From: the human T2T-CHM13v2.0 reference genome, Homo sapiens
Length of the DNA: 64,000 bases
Assembly (NCBI RefSeq): GCF_009914755.1
Contig: NC_060939.1
Strand: one strand, 5' to 3'
Positions 1 through 13,340 of the stretch are shown here, in pieces (the stretch's first letter is position 1; every line of letters begins with the position of its first letter). The translations under genes were made by a program, and so were the position numbers. The notes beneath the pieces are model-generated. The model was not told the DNA's origin. It did not search any database and worked only from the letters and a program-made list of their open reading frames with translations.

Positions 1-1284
1 ATATGTAACCTAAGTCTTAGTTTCTTTACCTGTGTGTTGAGGTAATGCCTACCATAGGGAGTTGTGAGACTGAGTATGACCCTAGAGCAGACTAACCAAG
101 TCTGAAGACTTATGTATATAATCTATATCATGTTTTTTTTTTTTTTCCTAAATGGTAGCTTGGGTTTTATAGGATCGTAAGAAAGGAACCAGAATGTCCC
201 TATGCTTTGAGAGACTCTTTTGTATTCTTTGTCTTGTTCAAAGTTTTATTACCCTTTTCAGACCACTAGTGTATCATTTAATGAAAAGCTTTTGAAATAA
301 GTTCAAGGACTATAGTCTGGAATGTACATATGAATTATGACAAAAATAAAACTTATTATTTGGAATTTCTATGAACACACAACACAAAGTAAGAATGTGA
401 TCTGGAAATGACCCAGAGGACTCATTAAATAGTAACTAACCACTCTGACAACCTAGATCCCAAAGTAGAGTGCTTTTGGAGGGTGGAGCATCATTTGGTC
501 AGTTTTATCAGTTTTTATAGTCAGTCCTTTCATATCCATGTCAATAAATCCTAGCATCTAATCAAGTTACATGTGATAGATACTCCCATCTTCTCTGCAG
601 CCAACTTGTTACCCTCATCCCAACTATGCACATATTAAGTTACTGTCCCCCACCACATAGCTTTCCTGATTTTATATATCACAGACACAAAATATAATGA
701 AGTATTATAAATTATTCTTAGGTAATGGATGAGTTATAAACTTCTTTTTAAAAAGTCTCAAAATTGTTTGCTCTGTGTATGTGTGTTTGTATATGTTTGT
801 GTGTATGTGTGTATTCCTGCACCTAAAATGGATAGAGGGGCAAAATTCAACTTTTGAGCAACTGCCTATTTTTTGATGGTTCCTAGGTTTTCCATCCTTA
901 TGCTTTCCTTCATCCCTGAGGTTTTGCTGCAGCCAGTAGTCAGTGAACAATTTCCGGAGCTCTCTGGGGGCACTCCAGCCAATACAGCATGGCCCAGCAG
1001 GGGGATATCTGTTTCTCCCAAGGCTTGCCCACTGGCACAGCACCGGACCATGAAGCCCCTGAGCCTTGGTGCTCTTATTCCTTTGCTGGGGGACTCTGCT
1101 GGGGCAGCCCTCCTCTCTGAATTGCTTCACCTCTCAGGAAGTTACTTTGTTTGCAAAGAGGGCTACAGAAGCTGGTGTTCTAGATCTTTTGTCTGAAAGA
1201 CACTGCCCTTAATTTGTCTTCATGAGGAGGGATGAATGTACACACTGTCATTATGATTCTTTTGTCAGTGGGGCCTTGGATGCA

Positions 1285-1470
1285 TGGTGCACAGTGGTTA
1301 AGAGCGGGCTAGAATCAGCAAGGGCAGCATAGAGTGGTTAACAGTTTAGAAACTGTTTGAATCTTGATTTTCTTACTGTGTGACCTCTCTAAGCCTTCAT
1401 CTCCCTAACAGTAAAACAGAAAAAATGAGGTTGCTGAGAGCATGTTAAATTGGTTAATATATGTCCATGC
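1285..1470 (+). mobile_element. MIR SINE fragment(s)
   Basis: cagtggttaagagc...gtttgaatcttg...tgtgtgacctctctaagcctt...gaggttgctgagag MIR-like motifs. Confidence 0.55.
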
Positions 1471-2921
1471 CAGGAAAAAAGTAGTTTTTAGCCATTGAAT
1501 AATATTACTGCTGTAACAACACAGACATTCCTGAAAAGCCTTGTAACTGGTTTCCTATTTACCACACACATATGAGATAATTCACCAAATACAAATATGT
1601 ACGGTAGCAGAATAACCTGCATTGTAAATGGCACATCAGCATGAGAAATCTACAAACCTACTTCTTAGTGTCAAAAATTTGGGGGAAAAAGAAGGCAGAG
1701 AAATTACAAACTCCTTCTCTACTCTTCACTTATTCTTCTTTCTTATCTTTAATGTCTTTCTTCATTTCTTCACTTCTGATTTTATTATCAAATTTTAGGA
1801 GTTACTGAGTTAATGCGTTATGTTTTCTTTAAGAGATAGCTCCTCTCTATCTCCATCAAATAGCATGAAATTTGAGGCTTGTGTACTATCAAATTGTTTG
1901 CATTATTTTTAATCCATGACATTGATGATAGCTATAATATAATCTCAGATTCCTGATTCCTGCTTGTATTTTGTTTAAACTCTACTGCCTATTTAATATC
2001 TGACACTGCTAAGCATTTTGCTGGCTTACAGAATATCATTTTTCATGCTAATAACTTTAATGAAAATATCAGACAAATATATAAATCATTATATGTGAAA
2101 TAGAAGAGTCAGCACAGACTTAAATACACTAATTTGCTAACCATGTTTAGATATTATTATTTTCAAATACTGGTGATATTTGAGTAAATATTTTGATATT
2201 CACTCTCATTATACGGTTATGATTTCTTTCAAGTATATTATTTGAAATTATTTTATTTTCATGTGTGAGTATGTGTGTGTACTTATTATATTCCAGTTCC
2301 ACCCCTGTTCTTGCAGCACACATGGCTGATTGCATAATCATATCAACAGAAAAAATATGATTCGCTTAGCCCTAATAGATGCTGTACCAAACAGTGACAG
2401 TCCACCTGTCTCAAGAAAGAGACAAACTTATAAGATGCTGACTGTTCCATTTAAGCATTGCCATGCTCATCAGATAACTGGCTGCAAAAATGAATACTGC
2501 ATTATTAAAGAGAAGAGAGGAATAGACTGGAGCAAATGCCATGGTTTTTAGTGACTTTCTTTTTCTTCAGACATAAATAGAATCACAGAGGTAAGCCTCT
2601 GCTCTAATTAATTCTCTCCTTGGTTACACTGTGAGCCTTCCCTTCACTGCCCTCATCAGAACCACCTGAAGGGAATAACTAATAAGAGTTCATCTGTCAT
2701 CCTTTGTACATGATAAAATTCAGACTGCTTAGAAATCAAAGGTGCCAAGTTATGCCCACCTGCAAAGAAATCATAATAGAGAATATTTATGTAGCTTTCT
2801 CGACTGCATGATTTTTTCACATTACCTTACAGAGGTCAGGAAGCTGATTCTGCTGTCCTAAATTTAAACTACAGAAGGTAGGGTATGTTTTAATGACCCT
2901 TCAGCTGGGCACAAATTAGAC

Positions 2922-2940
2922 ACGCCAGCAGAGGGCGAGC
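2922..2940 (+). promoter_or_regulatory. Candidate CTCF site
   Basis: ACGCCAGCAGAGGGCGAGC matches the CCASYAGRKGGCR core; two CpGs are retained in CpG-poor DNA. Confidence 0.5.
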
Positions 2941-3179
2941 ATTAGCCATAAGAAAGGCTGAGGTTTACATTATGGTTTATAGAGGCAAACTCTCCCCCAC
3001 TTACACTCACACAATTATTTTGGGGGCCTTATTTTAAAAGGTTTCTGTTACATGAAGACCCTCAACTTCTGTCTTCACAGCCTACCAAACTTATACTGAG
3101 ACTTTTGTTATAAAAACATTTTCAGGTTTAGGGAAGACAGACTGTCACAATGAAATTCATTAAGCTTTGAAATAAATCA

Positions 3180-3390
3180 AGCCTGCCTGGGTTTGAACCC
3201 TTGGAAGTTGTGTGACCTGAAGCAAATTTCTTGACTTCTCTGAGCTTCAGTTTCCTCATTAGTAAAATAGAGATGAAAAGGGTACCTGCCTCATTGTGTT
3301 GTTGAGATACCCATATGGGACAATACACGTGTAAAGGATTTAGCTCAGTATCAGCCACAGGGTGAACTTCTGATAAGTATTATCTATCGT
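3180..3390 (+). mobile_element. MIR SINE
   Basis: ctgggtttgaaccc...tgtgtgacctgaagcaaattt...ctctgagcttcagtttcctcatt.gtaaaat core. Confidence 0.8.
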
Positions 3391-4339
3391 TAATTCTCAG
3401 TACAAATCCTGGGAAACAGTAGACACTGAAAAATAATAATAATGTGTATAAGAGGAGCCCTGCTAAGAGTGGATTTGGGAAGGCTTGTTAAAGATGAGTC
3501 TGCAGAACTGAAGGATGAGATGCTCAAGGAAGACATGCATATTTCATTAAGAAGAGGTGAAACCTACAAGAGTGAGGAACCAATGGCTGACATTCATGGT
3601 TCACAAACTTAAAATGACTAAGAAATTATCAGGGGAATTGAGTGCTGCACATGGAAATGGAAATAAAACAGGCTGGATGGTTTTATATCCAGAAACATAA
3701 TTTAGTCAAGCAATTGTGTCAGGATAGAGGGATTTTCTACATCTATTTTAGCACCCAAGTTCTTTCTGGCAGGATTTGGGGAAGAACACATATTTTGGAA
3801 TTTGGCAAATCACAAACAGGCCCATCTGTCTGGAAAGAAATGGTCTTTACCCATTTTTTTTTTCCAGCTTGAAACATGAAAGATGTGATTCTAGAAGCAA
3901 AAATGGGTTACAATTTTAGGAAATAAAATCAGTAAGGACCAACATCTTTACAGAGTAGGAGTACTGACAAATCTCATGGGAAGAACTATATCTACCTTTT
4001 CATTCTAAATGGTGTATGCAGGGGCTACTAAATCAAACAGCTTGACTAAGTGGGTTTGAAAGAGAATTAACAATTTTGCAGAGATGTTCATCTACTTGCT
4101 GAAAAGAGTTGGTATGATTGATCTGTCTCCCTAAATCCTGAATACTGTATGGAAGTAGGCTCTTAAATCTAAGAATTACACTTAGTACAAACACTATATT
4201 TTTACAGCTACTTGCACAGAGCTATCCCTATGGGTGTCAACCAAAAGTAGATAAAATGGTCTTTCTTCAAATAATTACTGGGTAGCCAATATTTTTCTAT
4301 ACTCTAAGGACATGTAATATACCTCTATAAGGTGAAATA

Positions 4340-4385
4340 TTAGGTTGTAATGGCAAAAACTGCAATTACTTTTGCACCAACCTAA
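4340..4385. mobile_element. Internally deleted MADE1 (Hsmar1 mariner MITE)
   Basis: TA-ttaggttg/taatggcaaaaactgcaattacttttgcaccaacctaa-TA: intact right half, 8-nt stub of the left TIR, TA target duplication. Confidence 0.8.
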
Positions 4386-5324
4386 TAAATTCTAAAGAGA
4401 TGTTCAGGTATTCTTCTGTGGTATTTAAATACACATCTAAATAAAACAGGCCTTAGTACCTACCCGAGCCAGAAATCTATCCATGAAACAAAGACTATTA
4501 AAGATGATATATGAAATGCCACATTTAAAAAACACTCCAAGTAATGTTTTAAAAATAGCATGTCATCTAAAGCCAGATGAAGATTTGAAAACACACAAGA
4601 CAATTTAGAATCTTTTGGCACTTTGGAGGATCTGACAGCAGCTAGTGTCGCTGGAGGGAAGAGGTAGCACATCTCGAAGCCACGTTAGCCACAGTCATAC
4701 ATGTACATTACATGTATACTAACAAGACATAGCCTGCCCCAAGATACACATCTTTTAGGTAAGAAAATACAATTGTTCAGAAAAACAATGTTAATGATTC
4801 TATAAGTTTTCTTCTCTGATTATACTAATAAGTCCAAAACAAGTTTTTATTTATAATAGTTTAGAAACATTTGGTGCATTACACTCACACAGGCAACACA
4901 GCACAAAATAACTGGTTCCTTCACAATGTATTAGGCATAAGACGATGTGAACTATGTTTTATTATGTAAAATTTTTAATGTAAAAAGTAGGCAAATTATT
5001 ATAATGAACACTTACGTGCCTATCAACTGGTTTCAGTGATTATCAACCCATGACTCTTCAATCATTTATAACCCTCTCTTCCCCTCCTCAGCTCGTATTA
5101 ATTTCAAATCTCATACATCATATCATTTTACCCTTAAACATTTGAACTCTTTTTAAACACAGCCTTCAGTACAATTACTTCATATATTCACAATGATTCT
5201 CTAATACTGAATATCAATTTGGATGTTTAAATTTACAATTATCTCACAAAGAGCTCTCTCCTTTTAATCAGAATCCAAATAATATTTAAATGTTGAATTT
5301 ATTTATGTCCTTTCAGTGCACTTT

Positions 5325-5335
5325 CTTTTTTTCCC

Positions 5336-5370
<35 letters not shown>

Positions 5371-5820
5371 TTATTATTATTATACTTTAAGTTTTAGGGT
5401 ACATGTGCACAATGTGCATGTTAGTTACATATGTATACATGTGCCATGTTGGTGTGCTGCACCCACTAACTCGTCATCTAGCATTAGGTATATCTCCCAA
5501 TGCTATCCCTCCCCACTCCCCCTACCCCACAACAGTCCCCAGAGTGTGATGTTCTCCTTCCTGTGTCCATGTGTTCTCATTGTTCAATTCCCACCTATGA
5601 GTGAGAATATGCGGTGTTTGGTTTTCTGTTCTTGTGATAGTTTACTGAGAATGATGATTTCCAATTTCATCCATGTCCCTACAAAGGACATGAACTCATC
5701 ACTTTTTATGGCTGCATAGTATTCCATGGTGTATATGTGCCACATTTTCTTAATCCAGTCTATCATTGTTGGACATTTGGGTTGGTTCCAAGTCTTTGCT
5801 ATTGTGAATAATGCCACAGA
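5325..5820 (-). mobile_element. Young 5'-truncated L1PA (L1PA2-4-like) 3' end with 13-bp TSD
   Basis: L1 3'UTR and ORF2 C-terminus (TIAKTWNQPKCPTMIDWIKKMWHIYTMEYYAAIK). TSD TTCAGTGCACTTT at 5312-5324 and 5821-5833; tail converted to (TTTA)n. Confidence 0.92.
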
Positions 5821-8800
5821 TTCAGTGCACTTTTATCTATAGGTTTCCCCGTGTCTCTCATTCTCCTTTTTTTATTCTTCTGAAATGTATTTGTTAAAGA
5901 AATTAAGTGGGTCATTCATAAAAGTCTCATATTCTAGATTTTGCTGATCATATTCATGTGGCATAGTTGACATATTCTTCTATTTATATTTTCTATAAGT
6001 CAGTAGTTGAACCTACTGGCTTGATTAAATTCAGGTTCAGTTTTCTTGGGCAAGACTGTTTTATTGATGGTTGTATCTTTTTCTATAACAAGGCACCTGA
6101 TATCCAGCTGTCTCTCTTTTTGTGATGTAAACAACTATCAATGCTGAGTGTTAGCACTATTTTATGCCAACATTTTTCCATTTGTTTTGATTACCTGAAG
6201 CCCTTTTTATAGTCTATTCCTCAAGGAGATATCACAAGAATAATATTCCTTGAGTTTTTAAATGTTTATAGCAGATTATACTCTTTATCCTTGAAGGTGA
6301 GTTTGTTTGTGTTGGATGAATGTGTTGAATATCACATTTATGGTTCATATTTTCTTTACTTACTTTATTTTTTTTAACTTCATTGCCTGTTGGCATAAAA
6401 TTTGCCAAAATTCTGAAGACAGTTTATTTTTTCCTTATGAATGACTTAATCTTTTTTTTTGTCTGGATATCCAAATAATTTACTAGAGTATATCCTGGCA
6501 TTGCTCTTTATAGATTGATTTTTCTCAGGCATGCGGTATGCCCTCTCAAAACAACATATCTCAATTTTTTTGTTTTACATTTTAGTAAGCTTCCTTTGAA
6601 TTTAAGTTTTTACTATCTTATTTTCTTCTTTGGGGAAGGGGTTCATGGGTTCATATTATATCTATGTTAGATTTTCTTTTCTTAGCTTCTATAGTTGTCA
6701 TTTTATCTTGAATTCTTTTTACATACCTTTATTTAAAGCATAATTCATTTTACTTATTTTCCCAAGGTAGTAATACCAGTTGTGTTTATATCCTCTGCAT
6801 TCTTTCACTTCTAAAATAATATTGCTTCTATTTCTAATTCTTTCCTGATCTGTGTACCCTCACCTCTAGTTTTTCCAATACGAATTTGTTACCTTTTCCT
6901 ATCTTGTATCATTTTAATAAACATTTTGAACTTATATGAACTATGAACTATTAGGTTACGGTTTATGTTTTGTGAGCCTGTCTTTATGTCATGTTTTCAT
7001 TTTCTGAGGGGATATCATTATGCTTCATATACTCATTTTTTTTCCTGTAGCAACTTTGTATGGATTTTGAATGTGTTTTTGCTACTTACTTTTTTATAAA
7101 ATGAGTTTTTAAGAGCACAATTTTTTTGTTGTTGTTTTGTTTTGTTTTGTTTTTTTTCGAATCGTCATGAGTTGAAGTATGTACCTGCTGTTCTCAAGTG
7201 ACCCACTGTGCTTTCAAGTGAGTACCTTTGTTTATTTGGGGCTTTACCTGTTCTCAAGTCCTTTACATTCCTTATTGCTTTCTTCTATTTCCTCTCATAC
7301 AAAAGCAGACACCAGAAGGATTTTATATCTTTGTTTGTCCCCACTTGCTTATATTTTGTGTTCATAAGAATATCCTCTCAAGGACTTTTATTTGTTATCT
7401 GGATTTTTGCTTTGCTATCCTAGTTACTCTCTCTAGTTTCAAGAGATGTTTCCTTGAACTATTCTTAAAGAACAGCTCACCATGTGATTAAGGTGGTGGC
7501 AGAAGGGAAGGGGAAGTGTAAGTTACATTGAGCTCTTTTGCTTTAGTGAAGTATTTGCCAAATGGAGATAAATAACTAGAGTTGGCACAAGCCAATTTGT
7601 TGAAATTCGTTTGGTGGTTTCATATAGATAGTAAAATATGAAACAGTGCCAACTGTGATGCTTTGTTTTTAAAAAATGTATCTGTAGATTCTGTAGTCTT
7701 TGTTCTCAAATAGGTGGCTTCATTTTTTTTTCAGTTATCTGTAGATCTCAAAATATTTTGTATCTTTAGCTTGTAGAAACTACTCAGTACCAATTACATA
7801 CCTGGAATTGATCTGTACTCTGTGTACAATGGAGAATGTCTCTGATGGTAAAGAAGTGTTATTGTTCTGATGGTAAAGTGTTATTGTTCTCATGGTTTTG
7901 CAGACTTGAGGACTGGAGTCTGGATACTAAGAGAAAAATTGTCCTTGTACCTGAGGATGAAGGGAAAGGTGATCCAACTCAATGATTATCAAAAGCATAA
8001 TTTAGACAGGAGATAAGAGACTGCATTATGCAGTATTACTGAAGCTCATTTCCCTAGGCAACCCCCGTGGGTTCAGATTGCTCCTGTGTGAACTAGTTCT
8101 TAAATGAATTTTAAAATGCAGTTCACAGTTGTTCTTAGTGAATTAGGCAGGGGACCTGGCTATTGGAAGGCTTCTATCAATCCAAGAGTAAGATACTATT
8201 AAGAACCACAGAAATATAGAATGTATCAAACACTTACAATGAGGAAGAACCCAGAGAAGATGGTGGAGTTAAGCAGATATACCCAGTATATTGGGTGACA
8301 AAGGAAAGGGGGTTCTTAGTATATTCACTGAAATTCCATAGAAGGAGCTTAGAAAGAGAAGCCCCAGAAAAGGTATTCTGGTATTTCCTCAGCCAGGAAG
8401 CTGAGGAAAGATCCTAAATCCCAGGGTCTCACAAGGTCCTGCGTTTGGATCTCTCCATGAAAAAATAGGAGTCAGCCTTCCTTTTGTTTGTAATTTGAGT
8501 TTGAGAAAGGATCTAAATTTCTTATCTCTTTGAGCTTTATAGCAAGAATCAAAAGCTGATGGCCAGCAAACTGGAAAGAGTCCAGTTTTTGTTTTCATTC
8601 AGATTGTTTTAAACATTGCAAAGATTTACACAACATTCTGTATTTCTGCTCTATTTTGAAAACCAGCAGATTTAATTGTCTTGTGCTCCTCTCATTAGGC
8701 AACTGTTGTTCTAGAGAGGGCAGGTACTCTGCAGTTTCCTACAATCCCCACAATCCCTATCTTTTTGAATTTTATCACGCTCGACTGACTTAATCCAGTG

Positions 8801-9233
8801 ACATAACCTTCCTTACTATTAAAGTATTTGTGTTTGCACCTCTGTTTTATAGGATAAAGAGAATAATTACATTCCAAATGCCTGGGTTGAGTTTTCATTC
8901 CAGAATCTCTGGAGTTCAGAGATCTATCCACAGATAGTAGAAGGCACAGCAGGGGAAAGTGATTGCACATTGATAAAGAAGAGAATCAGGGCAAGATAAC
9001 TGACTATTGAAAATATGTCTAAAAGAGACAAGAGTAGGGAGGGAGAGTATTTGAGAAAGATGAAACACCACAGGGCAGCCCTGGTCATGCTCTAAGATGC
9101 TCAGGGTGGAGAGAGTTGCAGCATTCTATCCTCTAACTCAAGCAGGAATTTGATAAATTATTTTTGAATGTTAATACATAGCCTGATGCCTCCTTCAGAT
9201 AGCAATTTAAAAATTGTTGTAAACACACATAAT

Positions 9234-9504
9234 ACATTTTGGGAGGCTGAGGCAGGAGGATTTCTTAAGGGCAGGGGTTTGAGGCCAGCCTGGTCAATAT
9301 AGTGAGACCCTGTCTCTATAAAAAATTTTTAAAAAAATAGCCAGGCATGGTGGCACACACCTGTAGTCCCAGCTATTCAGGATGCTGAGGCAGGAGGGTT
9401 GCTTGAGCATAAGAGTTAGAGGCTGCAGTGGGCCATGATTGTGCTATTGCACTCCAGCCTGGGCATCAGGTAAGGTGCTGTCTCAAAAAAAAAAAAAAAA
9501 AAAA
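9234..9504 (+). mobile_element. AluJ (5' slightly truncated)
   Basis: Dimeric Alu with J-type features (ggaggatt, gaccctgtctc, gaggctgcagtg) and an A20 tail. Confidence 0.88.
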
Positions 9505-9852
9505 TCGAACGAACAAACAAAATCCCATACACTTAACATAAAATTTACCATCTTAAACATTTTTAAGTGCACAGTGTTAAGTATATTGACATTGTTGTGG
9601 GACAGATCTCTAGAACTTTTTCATTTTTTAAAACTGAAATTCTATACCCATTACCTGACTTTCTGTTTTCCCCCTCCCCTTGCTCCTGACAACCACTCTT
9701 CTGCCTTCTGTTTCTGAGTTTACTACTTTAGATATCTAAAATAACTAGAATCATATAGTATGTTTTTGTTTGTTTGTTTTATGACTGGCATATCTCACTT
9801 AGCATAATGTGCTCACAGTTCATTCATACTATAGCTTGTGACAAGTTTTCCT

Positions 9853-10167
9853 TTTTTTTTTTTTGTGAGACAGAGTTTCACTCTTGTTGCCCAGACTGGA
9901 GTTCAGTGGTGTGATCTTGGCTCACTCCTCACTCCAACCTTTGCTCCAACCTTTGCCTCCCCGGTTCAAGCAATTCTCCTGCCTCAGCCTCCCAAGGAGC
10001 TGGGATTAAAGGCATGCACCGCCACTCCTGGCTAATTTTTTGTATTTAGTAGAGACAGGGTTTTACCATGTTGGTTAGGCTGGTCTCAAACTCCTTATCT
10101 CAGGTGATCCACCCGCCTCAGCTTCCCAAAGTGCTGGGATTACAGGCATGAGCCACTGAACTCTGCC
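9853..10167 (-). mobile_element. AluS (Sq/Sp-like) with small internal duplications
   Basis: gagtttcactcttgttgcccag...ctcaggtgatccacccgcctc; duplicated ctcactc and ctccaacctttg. Confidence 0.9.
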
Positions 10168-10334
10168 ATTTTCTTTCCTTTTTAAGGCTGAAAAATATTC
10201 CGTTGTATATAAATACTGTATTTTCTTTACCCACTCATCCATTGATGGGCATTTGAGTCCTTCTACCTCTTGGCTATTGTGAATAATATGGCATTGAGTA
10301 CAGTTATGCAAATACGTCTTTGAGATCCTACTTT

Positions 10335-10652
10335 GGATGGAGCTGGAAGCCATTATCCTCCACAAACTAATGCAGAAACAGAAAACCAAATACCACATGT
10401 TCTTACTTATAAGTGGGAGCTGAACGATGAGAACAGATGGACACATGGGGGGAAACAACACACACTGGGTCCTGTTTGGGGGATGCAGAGGGAGGGAGAG
10501 CATCAGGAAGAAAAGCTGAGGGATACTGGGCTTAATACTTACGTGTTGCGTTGATCTGTGCAGCAACCACCATGGCACATGTTGACCTATATAATAAACC
10601 TGCATACCCCACACATGGATGCTGGAACTTAAAAGTTGATTAAAAAATAATA
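10335..10652 (+). mobile_element. L1PA (older, ~PA13-16) 3' end nested in the L1M
   Basis: gatggagctggaagccattatcc...gaaaaccaaataccacatgttc...ggaacttaaaag plus A-rich tail. Confidence 0.85.
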
Positions 10653-13099
10653 ATTCTTTTGGATATATACCCAGAAATGAAATTGCTGGATCGTATGTTT
10701 ATTCTATTTTTGAATTTTTGAGGAACTTTTCTACTGTTTTGCATAGTAGCTACACCATTTTTCATTTCCACCAACAGTGAACACAGGCTTCAATTTCTCC
10801 ACATCTTGCCAATACTTATTTTCTCTTTGTGTGTGTTTTATAATGGCTACTCTAATGGGTGTGAAGTAATATTGTGGTTTTGATACGCATTTCTCTAATG
10901 ATTAGTGATGTTGAGCATAATTTCATATTCTCATTGGGCATTTGTATATCTTCTTTTGAGAAATGTCTATTCAAGTTGGCAAACCACACAATGGATAAAT
11001 GACAGCCTCTTCAACAAATAATGTTGAGAAAACTGGATATGCTCCTGCAAATGAGTGACATTGGATGCTTACGTTACACCATGTACAAAAATTAACTAAA
11101 AAATGGATTATAGTTTACAATGTAAAATATAAAACTATAAAACCCCTAGAAGAAAACATCAGGGAAGAGCTTCAAGACTTTCTCAGTGATTTGTTAAATA
11201 TGACAGTAGAAGCACAGGCAACAAAAGCAAAAGTAGACCAATTAGACATCAAACTTAGAAACTTCAGTATGATGAAGGAAACAGCAAAATGAATAGGTAA
11301 CTAACAGAATGGGAGAAAATATTTGCAGGAAGAAAATAAAAATGGAAGTATTTTTATTTTTTAGTATAGGATGATTCATTAAAGTCTCTACTAGCTGTTG
11401 GAATTTCAGTGTTATAAGAGGGCAATATTTTAGAGTAGAAGATCTTTCTGGAGTTTTAAAAAGTATACTTTCTTTTAAGAAATATATCTGGAAACTGGAA
11501 AATTCATCTATATGAGAAAGATTTTATTATCTCCCTTTTAATTCTTACTATGATCCTATCAGATACTGTTCCCTTCTAGCATTTCCAGAGGTAAGTATCT
11601 CTTCCTCTAGCACCTATTTATAAAATGACAATGATGGTGTTGATAAAAGGAACAGCTGATACTGTCAAGTACTTTAAATTTTTAAGTCATTTGGTTTTTA
11701 CAACAAAAACATGAATAGGTAACACTCTTTATTTTCCTTCATTTTATAGATGACTCATAAATCAAAATTACCAACTGCAAAAATACCAGTTAGAATTATT
11801 TTTAAATGACTATGGGTTCATTGTCTTGACTTCCTTTTCCTCCCATGTGATATATTTTATTAATTTGTGATTTAGCTTTTGGTACTTTATAGAGCTTTCT
11901 CTCAATAGAGATTGACAAAGTAACCAAAGAGTTTGCTGAAGGAGAGAGAAAAAACGGCAAAGACCTGGACAGTGAAGGGTTCTGAAGAAAACATTACTTA
12001 GCTCACAGCTGACCTAGAGTCAACCCTTCCGATGCTTATAAGAGCTTCTTTTTCCCTGGCCCTAAACCAGAAATTAGGGTTTTGTTTTAGCTTTTGCCCT
12101 TCTGGGCTCTACAGAACATGTGGACGTGCTCTTTGGAGATAACAACTAGGAAACGGGAGAATCTGAAACCCTGTAAAAAGAAAGGATGCTATGTCCAATC
12201 ATATTAAATAAAGTGCTCTATGTGGATCTATTTTGATACAAATATTTTAGACCATTTCAAAGAAATATGTTCTTGACTTGCTTCACATTTTATACACATA
12301 GTAGGCAGTTAGGTGGAAAGGTCTTTCAGTATGATTCTTGGTTATAACAAGAAATTGGGTAATTAAAATATCTCTAGTACCAAATATAGTTTCTAAAAAC
12401 CTGTTAGACAAAGGACATCGCCACAAAATTTTGAATCCATGCAGTTTGTGGTCAATAATAATTCTCACCCAGTCATCAGGAAGCTTCTGTCACGGTTATT
12501 TTCACTGCTCTTGGGGTCATCAGTGCATATTGAATAACTCCTGAATGATTGGCATGTGATGTTATTCACATTTGTACTCTAGCCTTCAAAAAAAGGAAAG
12601 GAAGTCATTGTTGTTTTCTTGGAAGAAAAACCCAATGATCATTTATCACTGTGTACATACGTATTTAAGACATTCATCCTTTCCAATATTGAACAAGATT
12701 GCTCAATATATACATCAACTTTATTGTCAAGCATGGAAAAATGTCTAATGTACATAAGACATTTAGTGAGAATATGAATTATTAAGATTATAGTTTTCAT
12801 TTTTGTCAAGCCAAATTGAAATTTGCATTTGGAAATCTGTAAAGAATAGAAAAGGAAAAAAGAAATAGACATATTGAACACATACAGAAAACTGAGGCTC
12901 AGGGAGATTACATAAATAGCATATGGCCATACAGGTGGAAAGTAGTGGAACTCTGAATCAAAGAATGGCTCTTTGGTATTCTAAAACTTATTAAGAATTT
13001 TAAAACATTTACTCCTCTGGAAACGTCGCCATTATGAATGGAGGGCAGATTATAGTAGAAAATGACAATATTTGGTAAGAAGTTTAATATATTGATTAT

Positions 13100-13340
13100 T
13101 GCTAGCTAATATTTATTGAGTACCTACTACATAATAAGTATATACTATCTAAGTTGCTTTACATGGATTATCTCATTTGATTCATCAGCAAGAGTATAAA
13201 TAGAAATTACATTTATACCCATTTTGCAGATAAAGCAAGCTTAGAAATGTTAAGAAACTTTACTAAAGTCAGAAAAATAGTACTTGCTAAAGCCCAAATT
13301 GGAAACCAGGCACCCTGATTTCAGAGTCTGAGCTCTTCAA
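13100..13340 (-). mobile_element. MIR SINE
   Basis: atttattgagtacctacta...ttatctcatttgattc...cccattttgcagataa. Confidence 0.65.

Larger units (their letters stand above)
9205..11327 (-). mobile_element. Old L1M (L1MB-like) 3' end with inverted ORF2 segment (10978-11327 on +), interrupted by two Alus and an L1PA
   Basis: aacataaaatttaccatcttaa 3'UTR motifs; antisense ORF2 text up to aaatgtctattcaagt (10976), then sense ORF2 text ctcttcaacaaa...aaaactggata...gggagaaaatatttgca. Confidence 0.75.

Noticed and set aside
705-1196. Overlapping 141-aa (-) and 107-aa (+) ORFs in a GC-richer patch
   Set aside because: No recognisable homology or splice structure; the minus ORF runs through a TG-rich low-complexity tract.
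7841-7890. Short tandem duplications here, at 17115-17138 and at 45723-45763
   Set aside because: Ordinary slippage duplications of two copies; no spacer-repeat array structure, so not CRISPR-like.
10075-10614. 179-aa ORF and similar ORFs at 5405, 5584, 24825, 37710, 43631, 43781, 44403, 47234, 49409
   Set aside because: Translations of L1/Alu sequence, not host genes.
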